From: a virus
DNA: 64,000 nucleotides
Strand: one strand, 5' to 3'
Virus record (IMG/VR): IMGVR_UViG_3300042890_005556
This document shows, one piece after another, positions 20,763-30,217 of this stretch. The stretch's first letter is position 1; every line of letters begins with the position of its first letter. Position numbers and translations under genes: made by a program. The notes beneath the pieces are model-generated. The model ran no database searches. It was not told the origin of the DNA and saw nothing but the letters and a program-made list of their open reading frames with translations.

Positions 20763-21036
20763 GGAATTATTACACCTTAGATCGAATAGGGATCAAGTAG
20801 TTTTCCTATATTTATGCTTTAACGATTCAGCAATAAAAACATACGGACTAAAATCAGAGAAAGTGCCAGAAGATGAAGCTGATAAAATAAAACAATCATA
20901 TGGCACATTAAGGAATATGAAAAAAGAAACACATATACTATGGCTTAAAGAAAACGCACCGATAGCTTATAAACAAGCATATAGAGAGCTAGACCTAGCT
21001 TCTTATACGCTTCTTGGAAGATATCAACTCAGATAA
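20761..21036 (+). CDS. hypothetical protein (opposite-strand singleton)
   Basis: 91-aa ORF filling the gap; its ATG overlaps the start codon of the hub gene. Confidence 0.55.
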   Translation: MELLHLRSNRDQVVFLYLCFNDSAIKTYGLKSEKVPEDEADKIKQSYGTLRNMKKETHILWLKENAPIAYKQAYRELDLASYTLLGRYQLR

Positions 21037-22059
21037 TTTTATGATTTCAGTAATGCTGATCTTTTTAATGTTTTTTTCGAATATGTTTCTGATCTGAGAC
21101 TTTGTATGGCCATGCTTTTCATATAGCTCATTCCAATCTGTCTTATCGGCTTCGCTCGCAGGAGGGATCGAATAAAAGATCGGAAAATTTAAGCTTGCCA
21201 ATAGGTGGTAGTTCTGGATGATACTTTTTATGCCAGCCGCATCACTATCTGGGGCAAGAATAATACCTTTCTTGGGATTCAATATTCTTATCTTGATCAG
21301 CTGATCTGGAGTTAGTGCAGCCCCTCCGGACGCCAATGTCTGTTCTCCTAGAGTGTGCTTATCGAAAATAGCCTCTGTGATTATGATATAACCGTTCATT
21401 TCTATATCATCAAAACCATATAAAAACTGGCCTTTGGATGCCGCGACTTTGCCGATCGTTTCGCCTTTACTATTCGTGATGTTCGGATTAGGGAAGGAGA
21501 AGCGTTTATTTAAATATGATCGGCTTTGCCAGTATACGACCGTCTCGAATTCGTAGTATGGCCATATCACTTCGGTTCCTAGAAATCGCAGATCGTTTTT
21601 ATCGATATCATCAACGGTGTAAGATCTTCTTCCTAGCCATTTTATTAGCATCTGGGCGAGTTCTTCATTTTGATAATCTACAAGCTTTTTATTTTCTGGC
21701 AGTGTGAGTTCATATTCTACGAATTCTTTCTTGTTTTCTGTGTATTCTGCTTCTGCCCCGTCCAGAAGAATTTTTATAGCTTCTGCTGTGGAGCATTTTT
21801 CGTAAAGACTAACAAACCTGATGATATTGCATGATCTTTTGCCTGTTTTTGGGTTAGGCTTACCCGCCCAGCTATCATCTCGCCAGTCGTGACAAACGCC
21901 TTTTTCAGGGTTAATGTTAAAGTGGTAGCCGGTATCACCATTTAGCGGGTTGCATATTATGAATTCTTCGCCTTGGCGACGTTCTCTATATTCGAATTTT
22001 TTCTTTATATAAGCTACTATTTTCTTTGGTGGTATTGATATCTTAGACATAGTTATCAA
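20995..22059 (-). CDS. DNA primase (DnaG/gp61-like)
   Basis: TOPRIM motifs IITEAIFD and APDSDAAG, FLYGFD, DWNE; degenerate N-terminal zinc ribbon. Confidence 0.88.
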   Translation of the reverse strand: MITMSKISIPPKKIVAYIKKKFEYRERRQGEEFIICNPLNGDTGYHFNINPEKGVCHDWRDDSWAGKPNPKTGKRSCNIIRFVSLYEKCSTAEAIKILLDGAEAEYTENKKEFVEYELTLPENKKLVDYQNEELAQMLIKWLGRRSYTVDDIDKNDLRFLGTEVIWPYYEFETVVYWQSRSYLNKRFSFPNPNITNSKGETIGKVAASKGQFLYGFDDIEMNGYIIITEAIFDKHTLGEQTLASGGAALTPDQLIKIRILNPKKGIILAPDSDAAGIKSIIQNYHLLASLNFPIFYSIPPASEADKTDWNELYEKHGHTKSQIRNIFEKNIKKISITEIIKLSELISSKKRIRS

Positions 22060-22063
22060 ATAC

Positions 22064-22888
22064 TTAGGATACAGTGAATGTGAATTTTCTGCTCACTCTT
22101 GAAGACCCGTCTGGAAGATTTAACTTTATGTTGTACAGGTATGTCCCTTTGAGGAGAGTCGAAGTATCCAAATCGTACACTACGACATAAGGGTTTGACC
22201 TGTAGGCGCCTTGTCGTAGACCAATCCTACAGGGCTCATCTACCACCAACTGCTCGCAAAACCTAGTGGATATGCTTATCGTTGGTTTCAGATAAGGTAT
22301 CATTGGATTTACAAGGTTAAAATTGTAGTCATAAAGCGGCAGAGGCATGAGCCCGACTTCCAATGGTCTTTGCTCTGGAACGTAGAATCTCTGGTCAAGA
22401 GGCTCGAACCCGAACCTTATTGTCTGTAATTTATCGGCTGAGAACCAATCATCTGGGTATACCCAAAACCGGTGGCATTCTGTCAGTATCTGCGGTGTGA
22501 AGGTAGGGTCATCTAAATCGCAGGCCGATGTGACTGTGCCGTCCGTACATGGTATAATTGGATAATAGGACCAGACATCATAATACACTTCTGGTGCTAC
22601 AAAGTCAGTCGGGATACTAAATGGTAGGTGATATCTGCCAGCTACAACCGTCGTGCCTAGCGTTTCTTGGCATAATGGTGCTGGATAGAGGTTTTCTTCG
22701 GGGTCTACTATTGGTATAGTTGCTACTAAGTTATGCGGTGCGACTTGGCCTTGATATATTTCTACTTTTCTTACTGCGTATGGGTCTGTTAATACGCCAT
22801 TATTGATGAAGTCTATATTTAAGTCTACGACCTTGCCTTTCCTTGCGGAAATGCGTGGGTTGGCGTTAGTTAAATCGTTACAGCTCAT
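22064..22888 (-). CDS. probable virion structural protein (beta-rich, Ig-like)
   Basis: 274 aa; GRYH...YYDVWSY and KGTYLYNIKL patterns; GGAGG SD and candidate late promoter. Confidence 0.55.
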   Translation of the reverse strand: MSCNDLTNANPRISARKGKVVDLNIDFINNGVLTDPYAVRKVEIYQGQVAPHNLVATIPIVDPEENLYPAPLCQETLGTTVVAGRYHLPFSIPTDFVAPEVYYDVWSYYPIIPCTDGTVTSACDLDDPTFTPQILTECHRFWVYPDDWFSADKLQTIRFGFEPLDQRFYVPEQRPLEVGLMPLPLYDYNFNLVNPMIPYLKPTISISTRFCEQLVVDEPCRIGLRQGAYRSNPYVVVYDLDTSTLLKGTYLYNIKLNLPDGSSRVSRKFTFTVS

Positions 22889-22912
22889 AATATCCTCCGT
22901 GATATATTTGTC

Positions 22913-23062
22913 TTATCGCATCTGCTTCTTCTCAGCTTCAGCTTTGTCTTTTAGCTCTTTATGGATACGATTGAGCATCCATGCTCTATCTTCAGAGACC
23001 ATCTGGTCTTGTTCAAATAGCGACAGATGCCCATAATACTTGAGCTGGAACTGCTGTTCCAT
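22913..23062 (-). CDS. gp51-like baseplate/tail assembly chaperone segment (missing from the ORF track)
   Basis: MEQQFQLKYYGHLSLFEQDQMVSEDRAWMLNRIHKELKDKAEAEKKQMR; matches the F.L.....SL.E...M...R pattern; directly downstream of the gp26-like gene. Confidence 0.75.
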   Translation of the reverse strand: MEQQFQLKYYGHLSLFEQDQMVSEDRAWMLNRIHKELKDKAEAEKKQMR

Positions 23063-23090
23063 CAGGTGCTCGTATTGCCTGTCATATTGC

Positions 23091-24050
23091 TCAGGACTTT
23101 GATGGGCGAAAAAATGTGTCTGTAATCGGAAGTTCGATTGAGAACTCCTGATTACAGCTCGGGCATTCTATTTGGATACTGCTATCAATACCAGGTGTAT
23201 TGTCTTTCATCCATTCACGAATAGCAGACGTATCCTGAGCATGCAGACGTTGCACGAAAGCCTTGATTTTGAAAGGGTCGGTGCTTCCGAGAACACTGAC
23301 AATGACCTTTTCAAGATTCTCTGTGACCGCTTCATCGAGTTCTTCGACCTTATTCTTTCGATCGAATGGGTTGCGTTTGGTCGACTTAGCGACGGACTTA
23401 GTATTCTTTCGCTTGTTGAGAATCGCATTAGCATCACCAGCACGTAAGTAGCGTATTTCGACCCACACATCGGCACCAGTCATGTTTGACATGTATGGTA
23501 GATGTATCTTGAACGGTTCTGGTCCAAGGTCTGGATCTGCCGGAATGACCGTCGAGTTAAGTTCATTTAGATCATACGTGTGCATGCTCATCACTGCACA
23601 GTTAGTATCTGGGCAAGTTACAGAAAATTCGTAAAGATTTCCGTATGTGATACCTCGCAGGAAGTATAGCAGGTAGACTCTGTCGCCAAGCAGCAGATCT
23701 ACTGGATCAAACCCATTTGGGAATCTGCAGCATTCTTTGAATAGGTAGTCGATTGATTGCCCTGTTGCTGCCAGCCTTTGTGTAGCTAGGACTTTTTCTG
23801 CTGTTTGTCCCATCGCTTTCACTTGTACTACACCGTCAGGCCAACCGTAGTACAGTCCTTTGCTGGGAAGGGAGCATTCTTCCCATGGGATCAATTGCTC
23901 TTGAGGCGCATTTAAAATGGCATCTAAGATCGAGGCGTTATTAGTAATATCACTTGGTACTACTTTACCATAGTGCGCACTGAAATCGTTGTCAACTTGA
24001 TTGACTTGTGGCTGATCTTCGCTACCGTCCAACGAGATGTTTTCTGACAT
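23091..24050 (-). CDS. baseplate hub assembly chaperone, gp26-like
   Basis: LPSKG..Y, GDR.YLL..LRGITYG..Y..V.CP..C, C-terminal CPSC...LPITDTFFRP. Confidence 0.85.
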   Translation of the reverse strand: MSENISLDGSEDQPQVNQVDNDFSAHYGKVVPSDITNNASILDAILNAPQEQLIPWEECSLPSKGLYYGWPDGVVQVKAMGQTAEKVLATQRLAATGQSIDYLFKECCRFPNGFDPVDLLLGDRVYLLYFLRGITYGNLYEFSVTCPDTNCAVMSMHTYDLNELNSTVIPADPDLGPEPFKIHLPYMSNMTGADVWVEIRYLRAGDANAILNKRKNTKSVAKSTKRNPFDRKNKVEELDEAVTENLEKVIVSVLGSTDPFKIKAFVQRLHAQDTSAIREWMKDNTPGIDSSIQIECPSCNQEFSIELPITDTFFRPSKS

Positions 24051-24140
24051 ATAATGCTCCTAAAAGGCTGCCTTATCTACGTATAGTGAGTCTGCGTTTA
24101 TACTTTAGTCTTATAGAGGATTTTGACTTCCAGACTGAAA

Positions 24141-24674
24141 TTATGTTTCCCGAGCGTCGATTTCTTCAGCCCAGTCATAGGTTATAGTGAGGTCAACGAA
24201 TTTAAAATCAGAACTGGTGTAAGTTAGATCTCCGTGCTTAATAACTGACAACCAACTCCCTATTAATTTGAAAGTCTGCTGTGGATCGCCAGTCTGATTG
24301 TATACCGTTATTACTGATTCTTTTTTATAATTACTCGCAGTCTTCAAGCCAGTTTCTTCCCAAACTGATTTACGCCATTTTATCAAATATGGCAAAATGC
24401 CTTCAGTGTCGTAGAAAGTCAACCTAATATCGTCATAGACAGCGCCACTTGCGAATTTATACTTTAAACTGGCACCGGTATATTCTTCTTTTTCAAATGT
24501 TATACTAGGCAGCGAGACGTCTTTTGCATAGACTAAAGCTGTGCCTTTCGCCGCGTTTTCTTCGAACAACGTTGCTACCTCCCAAGTGAAGGTTGGTATA
24601 AACGTGGCAAGTGATGAAGCTTCGTTTTCACCGGAACCGTAAAAATTGGTCCCTGCAACATTGAATCCGGCCAT
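24141..24674 (-). CDS. tail tube protein paralog 3 (gp19-like)
   Basis: VSLPSI, Y.DI.LTFYD, W, F.L.G.W, L.Y, LTITYDW. Confidence 0.8.
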   Translation of the reverse strand: MAGFNVAGTNFYGSGENEASSLATFIPTFTWEVATLFEENAAKGTALVYAKDVSLPSITFEKEEYTGASLKYKFASGAVYDDIRLTFYDTEGILPYLIKWRKSVWEETGLKTASNYKKESVITVYNQTGDPQQTFKLIGSWLSVIKHGDLTYTSSDFKFVDLTITYDWAEEIDARET

Positions 24675-24678
24675 TTTA

Positions 24679-25200
24679 CTATCCCTGTGTGAATCTGTTA
24701 TATCTTACGGACATCTTGACTTCTGATAATTCATTATCAGCGTATGATAAGTCACCTGGATCATATGATCCAATTGAACAATCAAACAATTGGTACGTCA
24801 AATAGCCCAATCCTTTACCATCTTCACGAATAATGGTAGTGGTAAATCCATAACCACCAAAATCATTAGACTTGTAAAAGCTGCCTAATTCTTCACCAAG
24901 TGCATTGGGTAATTTTTTAAATATTAACCTGTTTACCATACTGTCATTGGTAGCAGTAAGAGCCTCGTAAAATACTATGTCAATAGGCTTATACTTGTAT
25001 TTGCCAGCCCTGTGTACGTAGTCAGCACCATTGTGGGCAATCATCTCGTCATATTCAATAGATGGTAATGTGATGCTTTTAACATTAAGTTCCATGTCTG
25101 TGTCTGCAAATGATATAACGACCTTAAATCTATGCTTTCTACCTACTTCCATCAGATTACTTGGGCCGGTGCCACTACCGTTAATATTGAATCCTGGCAT
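24679..25200 (-). CDS. tail tube protein paralog 2 (gp19-like)
   Basis: ITLPSI, AGKYKYKPIDIVFYE, YQLFDC...DLSY. Confidence 0.8.
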   Translation of the reverse strand: MPGFNINGSGTGPSNLMEVGRKHRFKVVISFADTDMELNVKSITLPSIEYDEMIAHNGADYVHRAGKYKYKPIDIVFYEALTATNDSMVNRLIFKKLPNALGEELGSFYKSNDFGGYGFTTTIIREDGKGLGYLTYQLFDCSIGSYDPGDLSYADNELSEVKMSVRYNRFTQG

Positions 25201-25213
25201 AGTCTTCTCTCAT

Positions 25214-25241
25214 ATAAAAATGGGGAGCATTCCTGCTCCCC
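25214..25241 (-). terminator. intrinsic terminator after the first tube gene
   Basis: GGGGAGCA-N4-TGCTCCCC stem followed by ATTTTTAT on the minus strand. Confidence 0.8.
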
Positions 25242-25252
25242 TCACATTATTA

Positions 25253-25786
25253 TCAGCTAGCTGTACGCAATGCTCTATCATACTTCATCGTAGCTTGGCA
25301 AGTCATCAAGTCATTGGCGCTATAATCTAGCTCCTGCCAATTAATTGTTTCTGGCCATGTACCGTACATTGTCCATGCTTCAGAGACCCCACCCTGGCCG
25401 TTTAACATCGTCAATTTGCCTTCTCTTTTATATTGAGAAGGATATGCGACATTGATCGATCCTAAATCGCAGACTGTGTTTAACCACTGATAAAGACCAG
25501 CCGAGATGTCTGGTGATTGTTCAGCGTCATACCATGTCAATGTGACCGGTTCCCATTCTTGCTTACCAGCGTAGTAAATGACTTCTTGGTTGTGGTGCTT
25601 ATCAGCAGAAGTAAACTTGAATGAAGGTCTTGCGGCTGATTGCAAGTTCAAAAGCTCTTCTGGCCTCCAAGCTCCACCGCCGCGACCAAGAGTAGCGAAA
25701 ACCCAGCGGTGTTTTCTTCTGATTTCAAGCGTATTCGTTGGACCGCGTCCGTCCCCACCAGCACCGGTTACGTTAAAACCTGGCAT
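25253..25786 (-). CDS. major tail tube protein (gp19-like)
   Basis: AARPS, YYAGKQEWEPVTLTWYD, YKREG.L.ML, W..YGTWP, LDYS, MKYDRA; directly follows the sheath gene. Confidence 0.9.
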   Translation of the reverse strand: MPGFNVTGAGGDGRGPTNTLEIRRKHRWVFATLGRGGGAWRPEELLNLQSAARPSFKFTSADKHHNQEVIYYAGKQEWEPVTLTWYDAEQSPDISAGLYQWLNTVCDLGSINVAYPSQYKREGKLTMLNGQGGVSEAWTMYGTWPETINWQELDYSANDLMTCQATMKYDRALRTAS

Positions 25787-25831
25787 GTTAGTACTCCTAG
25801 AAAGGTTTACTTGATATTTGACTTGTTATAC

Positions 25832-25868
25832 TAAAATGCCCCTTAGAACAAGTGGTCCTAAGGGGCAT
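25832..25868 (-). terminator. hairpin/terminator after the sheath gene
   Basis: ATGCCCCTTAG...CTAAGGGGCAT 11-bp inverted repeat followed by TTTA on the minus strand. Confidence 0.65.
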
Positions 25869-25881
25869 CCGGAAGAATTTT

Positions 25882-28773
25882 TTAGGCACCAGCAGTAGTT
25901 GCAACACCACCAGCGGCGAGAACAGCCTCTGATGAGAAGTTAGCACCAGTGTTAATCACAGCAATGTTTAACACAATGAATTCAACAGCACGAGTGGGCT
26001 TGATGAAGACCGAAACCCAAAGCTCGTTCCTATCAATTCTTTCAGGAGTATTATTCGAAGCATCGCAAACAACCTTAAAGGCTGTTAAACCACGGCGGCT
26101 CTGAATATCACCAAGGAAAGGATTAACAGTCGTCACGACCTGATCCCAAAGAGCCTTGTCATTAGGTTCAAAAATGAACGATCGCAAGGTCTGAGTGAGG
26201 ACCTTCTTGATATAAATCAAAAGCATCCTGACATTAACACGCGACAAAGACGTGTCAACTCTCTGCAACGTTCTTTGGCCCCAGACCACAATGCCATCTT
26301 GAGGGAACTTGATAAGCGGATTAACCGAATTACCAGAACCATAGAGCAATTCATTTTCACCCTGCGTCGGAGTGTACTCGACTTCAAGAGCCGTCAAAAC
26401 ACGACCACGGGTTAATCCAGCCGGAGCGAACCATTGTTCAGTAGTACGAGATGTACGGCTGAAAACAGCTGCAACGTGACCGCTAGGTGGAATGTATACT
26501 TCGTTAACATTGAACTGGTCATAATACTTCACCCAACCCCAGTAAAGAGCTCCATAGCTGCTATTAATGGCGCTAGCAAGATCCGAGAAAAGCATGCCGT
26601 TATGCCAGTCGACCACCTGCTGTGGTCTCAGACCAAACGGTGGATCAATGATGTAAAGTACATCACCTCTAGCCTCGCAGATCGAAAGACCAGTCGCAAT
26701 CACAGCACCGGATGAAAAGCCAGGGGTAAGCAACAGGTTTATGTCGTAGGTTTCCTTATTTTGGAGACCATACAAACCACTTGCCTGCGCAGCGTTACCA
26801 ATCACAGCGGCATCGACAGCACCAGAATAAGCTGGATCAGTTGGGATGCCGTTTTGCTGACCTGAGAATGGAGCCTTATTCAACGTGCTAGGATTACGAA
26901 CTTCATAATCCGTCATCGTAGGATCATTGCGGATGTAAGCAGGACGCTCTTCCCAATTGATTGTCTTAGCACCCTGAGTTCCGCCGTACTTGGTACCTGG
27001 GTTCAGGTAGTTGCCCACGTAATTGTCAGCGGTCTTATCAAACACCACATCCCGGAAAACCTCAACCGCAATGCCGTTTTTGTCGATGACGGACACAACG
27101 TAACGGTTAGCAGATTCACCAACAGCATTGGTGAAGAGACTAACGTCTAACTTGTACTGGTCAACCCACGTTCCTGGGCTCGTCGCTACGAAGTATCCAA
27201 CGATATTGGCGTAGTAATCTGCATCGGCAATATCTTCAGGTGCGCCAGCATCTGTCGAGCTGCCGGGAGGCAAACTCGTTCTTACATCGATGAAGCCACG
27301 GAAATGGCCTTCATAAGGGTATGCTATGCCAAGAGTCTGTGCGAATTTAAGGGTCTTAACATTGCTGTAATTGGCAAGCATCACCAATGCATCTTGATCA
27401 TTATCAACGGTGGTCAGGATGAGCGTGTATTCACGTCCACCAGGTGCTGTTAATTTCAGAGCATTGAAGAGCGTACCGCCCGGCACGACACCAGCAGCGT
27501 TAATAGCAGCCACAAGGCTATCGGTAGGAACAGCATTAACGCCAGTTCCTAAGGGGACGTTAAATGTAACCGATGTGGTAGCGGTTTTGCCGACAACGTT
27601 GATCTTAACGCGATTGTTAGCATTGGTGATATTATAAGGACCGTTATCGGTGGCTAGGAGGTGAGCTCTTGGGATGTCATAGGCATATTGTTGTGTGCCT
27701 ACTTCGAGAGCGAACCCAGCCGTACCTTTTACTTGAATCCATTGCCCGCCTTGATCGGTGATCAAAGAAGGAATATCAGTCAATACATCGTTGATCAATA
27801 CCTGATTTACTACGAAATCGAAATCTGCGACAAATGAATTGTCTTTAACCAAAGAGCTCATTGCAGTGACAAAGCTAGCGACTGTCTCGAATCTTGCTGT
27901 GCTAGGCGTGGTCTGAGTGGCGATAATTGGCGTTGGGATGATGTATTCGTGTGAATTTACACCCTCGACCGATATTGTAAAACGCCTGTTGTTTGGATTA
28001 GCATAAAACGTAAACGTGTCATTTACGTCCAGCACACCTGAATTAAGAGTGATAACACCGGTCAGGCCCGCACCAATTGTGAACTGGCCGGAAATACCGC
28101 TTGCTGTATTCTCTGTCAGTGTGCCGTCAACTACAAGACCAGCTTTGTTATAGATGGAATATGTGGCACCTTCGATTTGAAGACCTGGCGTGATACTGGT
28201 TGGTGCACCTGTTATCACAAGCAGGTAAGAGTCTTCCTCAGCTCCAGTGAACGTCCCGCTAATGTTTAATTCAGCGTCAGTAGCCCCATCTGTGAGGCTA
28301 AAAACAGCGTCTTTGTAATCGGCTTGGTTTAAGCCGGCTTCGCTGGTGACGTAAGCGTCGTGGAAAACCAATGGGTTTTCAGCTGTCACCGGTCGTAGGT
28401 TTATTCTTCCGTAGTCAATGCCAGTGAATAGTCCGAGTCTGCCCCAGCCGAACTCCTTGGAGCCGTCTGCGGAGATGGCGACGGAGCTTAAAGCTTCATC
28501 GAGACCTTCCTCGTATTCAACACCGACGCGAACCACGTAACATTGGTTACCTTCTTCAAGGTAAGCAAGCACTGCATACATCAGATAGCTTTCAACGAAA
28601 GGCTCACCGAACGTATCGAGAGCCTGTTGCGCCGTTGTAATGTATGTTGGTGTATTCAGAGGACCGCGTTGAGCGGTGCCAACAAAAGCTGGGCGTAGGG
28701 GGCCTACAGCAGCTGGCAAGACACTAAGGTCTATCTCTCTTGGAAAAACACCCGGACTTAAATATACTGCCAT
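25882..28773 (-). CDS. tail sheath protein (gp18-like)
   Basis: YLSPGVFPREID, WFAPAG..RG, VWGQRTL, RVNVRML, FEPND, CDASNN, IKPTRAVEFI. Confidence 0.97.
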   Translation of the reverse strand: MAVYLSPGVFPREIDLSVLPAAVGPLRPAFVGTAQRGPLNTPTYITTAQQALDTFGEPFVESYLMYAVLAYLEEGNQCYVVRVGVEYEEGLDEALSSVAISADGSKEFGWGRLGLFTGIDYGRINLRPVTAENPLVFHDAYVTSEAGLNQADYKDAVFSLTDGATDAELNISGTFTGAEEDSYLLVITGAPTSITPGLQIEGATYSIYNKAGLVVDGTLTENTASGISGQFTIGAGLTGVITLNSGVLDVNDTFTFYANPNNRRFTISVEGVNSHEYIIPTPIIATQTTPSTARFETVASFVTAMSSLVKDNSFVADFDFVVNQVLINDVLTDIPSLITDQGGQWIQVKGTAGFALEVGTQQYAYDIPRAHLLATDNGPYNITNANNRVKINVVGKTATTSVTFNVPLGTGVNAVPTDSLVAAINAAGVVPGGTLFNALKLTAPGGREYTLILTTVDNDQDALVMLANYSNVKTLKFAQTLGIAYPYEGHFRGFIDVRTSLPPGSSTDAGAPEDIADADYYANIVGYFVATSPGTWVDQYKLDVSLFTNAVGESANRYVVSVIDKNGIAVEVFRDVVFDKTADNYVGNYLNPGTKYGGTQGAKTINWEERPAYIRNDPTMTDYEVRNPSTLNKAPFSGQQNGIPTDPAYSGAVDAAVIGNAAQASGLYGLQNKETYDINLLLTPGFSSGAVIATGLSICEARGDVLYIIDPPFGLRPQQVVDWHNGMLFSDLASAINSSYGALYWGWVKYYDQFNVNEVYIPPSGHVAAVFSRTSRTTEQWFAPAGLTRGRVLTALEVEYTPTQGENELLYGSGNSVNPLIKFPQDGIVVWGQRTLQRVDTSLSRVNVRMLLIYIKKVLTQTLRSFIFEPNDKALWDQVVTTVNPFLGDIQSRRGLTAFKVVCDASNNTPERIDRNELWVSVFIKPTRAVEFIVLNIAVINTGANFSSEAVLAAGGVATTAGA

Positions 28774-28844
28774 TGTGCGTACTCCATCAGTCTCATAGGC
28801 GATCTGATGTATCTTTGCGTAGCCTTCGGCAGCACCTTAAATCA

Positions 28845-29069
28845 TCATGCCTGCGAATTGCTATCAAAGACCACCTTAAGAAATCCACGCTTACACAAGT
28901 TCTCAATCTGATCCATCATGAGATGGTCTTTAGGTAACAAAGCATCTTTGCCTGGCGCTAACCTCACCTGGTTCTCATTAGTATAGAACTCAGTACCTGG
29001 AGGTCTAACTTGCAGAGAAATCATCTGGCGGCTGCAATTGTAAACTCTAATCTCGTCGGAAATAGCCAT
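28845..29069 (-). CDS. small tail/neck-region protein
   Basis: 74 aa between tail terminator and sheath; GAGG SD; resembles the N-terminus of the 39394 glycosyltransferase. Confidence 0.7.
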   Translation of the reverse strand: MAISDEIRVYNCSRQMISLQVRPPGTEFYTNENQVRLAPGKDALLPKDHLMMDQIENLCKRGFLKVVFDSNSQA

Positions 29070-29076
29070 GTGTGCC

Positions 29077-29916
29077 TCAGTTCAAAGGTTCTGACCAAAT
29101 AGTAGCATTGTACTGCGATGAAGGAGCAAGAGTATCACCAGATCTCTCACCAATAACACCAACAGTTCCCAATACTGTAGGTACTAACTTCGGCGGCAAA
29201 GGCAACCAAGCTTCAGCAGTAAAAGAAAACTCATACCTCACATTAGCCTGCTGATCAAACCCAGTCTCCTTATCACTAGCATCAGAGCCACCCTCAAACC
29301 TCAACTGCACATTACCAGCCAAATGAGCATCAAACATCCTGAACTCAGCTATGGGATTAAACCTAGTCGCGATCTGATAATTCACATACTCAGCATCACG
29401 CTTAAACTCAGTCCAGACTATCATAGAATACTTCACTAAAAAAGGCACAGGACGGTAATACTTAGCAGCAAGAGTACCAGCCTTGTTCATATATCTGAAA
29501 CTCATAGAATGATAAGTAGGACTAAACTTGTCTTGATTAAACTCAAAGCTCTCACGAGTAATAGCAGCCAAAGGCAATCTCACCCGACCCTCGTTTAAAT
29601 CATCAGCCCATATCAAAATGCTCTTATCACCACCCGAAATCTTCACACGCATGAATCTATAACTGTCTTTGGTCGGTACCCTAATACCTGAAAAATATTG
29701 TTTAATAGCATCATCCAAAGATCTAAACCCAGGCATTAAAAACTCTTCAAGATGATAAGGATACGTCTCTAAATCCTTACCACCAATGCCTGTTCTGCCA
29801 CCCTCAGAATGACTTGATTGCCTAACAGAAGGAATCTCAGCCAACCCCAAAGGTAAATCCCTGGTCGCTTCTGGTGACTTGATCGAGAAGTCAGAATTAA
29901 AATTATATGTCCCCAT
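29077..29916 (-). CDS. tail terminator / sheath stabilizer (gp15-like)
   Basis: LPLAAITR, RPVPF...Y...W......QI..RFNP, FTAEAWLP; upstream of the sheath gene. Confidence 0.75.
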   Translation of the reverse strand: MGTYNFNSDFSIKSPEATRDLPLGLAEIPSVRQSSHSEGGRTGIGGKDLETYPYHLEEFLMPGFRSLDDAIKQYFSGIRVPTKDSYRFMRVKISGGDKSILIWADDLNEGRVRLPLAAITRESFEFNQDKFSPTYHSMSFRYMNKAGTLAAKYYRPVPFLVKYSMIVWTEFKRDAEYVNYQIATRFNPIAEFRMFDAHLAGNVQLRFEGGSDASDKETGFDQQANVRYEFSFTAEAWLPLPPKLVPTVLGTVGVIGERSGDTLAPSSQYNATIWSEPLN

Positions 29917-29917
29917 G

Positions 29918-30217
29918 TTAAGACAGCTTTCCAATCACTACATTAGGGTCACGAAGAGTTTTTAGATAGGCCAAAGTAGATTCACTCAGCCTATCACGTT
30001 CTTCCTTAGTGAAAACCTGAGCATTGCCAACCACCTTGGCTTCCAAATTCAGAACACTATCGCTCACACTTCTAGGAGACTTCTCAAACTTCGGAGAATA
30101 GCCTAAATCCTTAAAATCAGCAGAAATATTCGCCGCAAGCTTATTAATAAGCCTATGGCTAGCAATGGCCAAAGCTTTCTTAATATTAGATTGATTCACG
30201 ATAAGCTCCATTAGCAT
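29918..30217 (-). CDS. hypothetical protein in the neck module
   Basis: ORF between the gp14-like and gp15-like genes. Confidence 0.55.
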   Translation of the reverse strand: MLMELIVNQSNIKKALAIASHRLINKLAANISADFKDLGYSPKFEKSPRSVSDSVLNLEAKVVGNAQVFTKEERDRLSESTLAYLKTLRDPNVVIGKLS

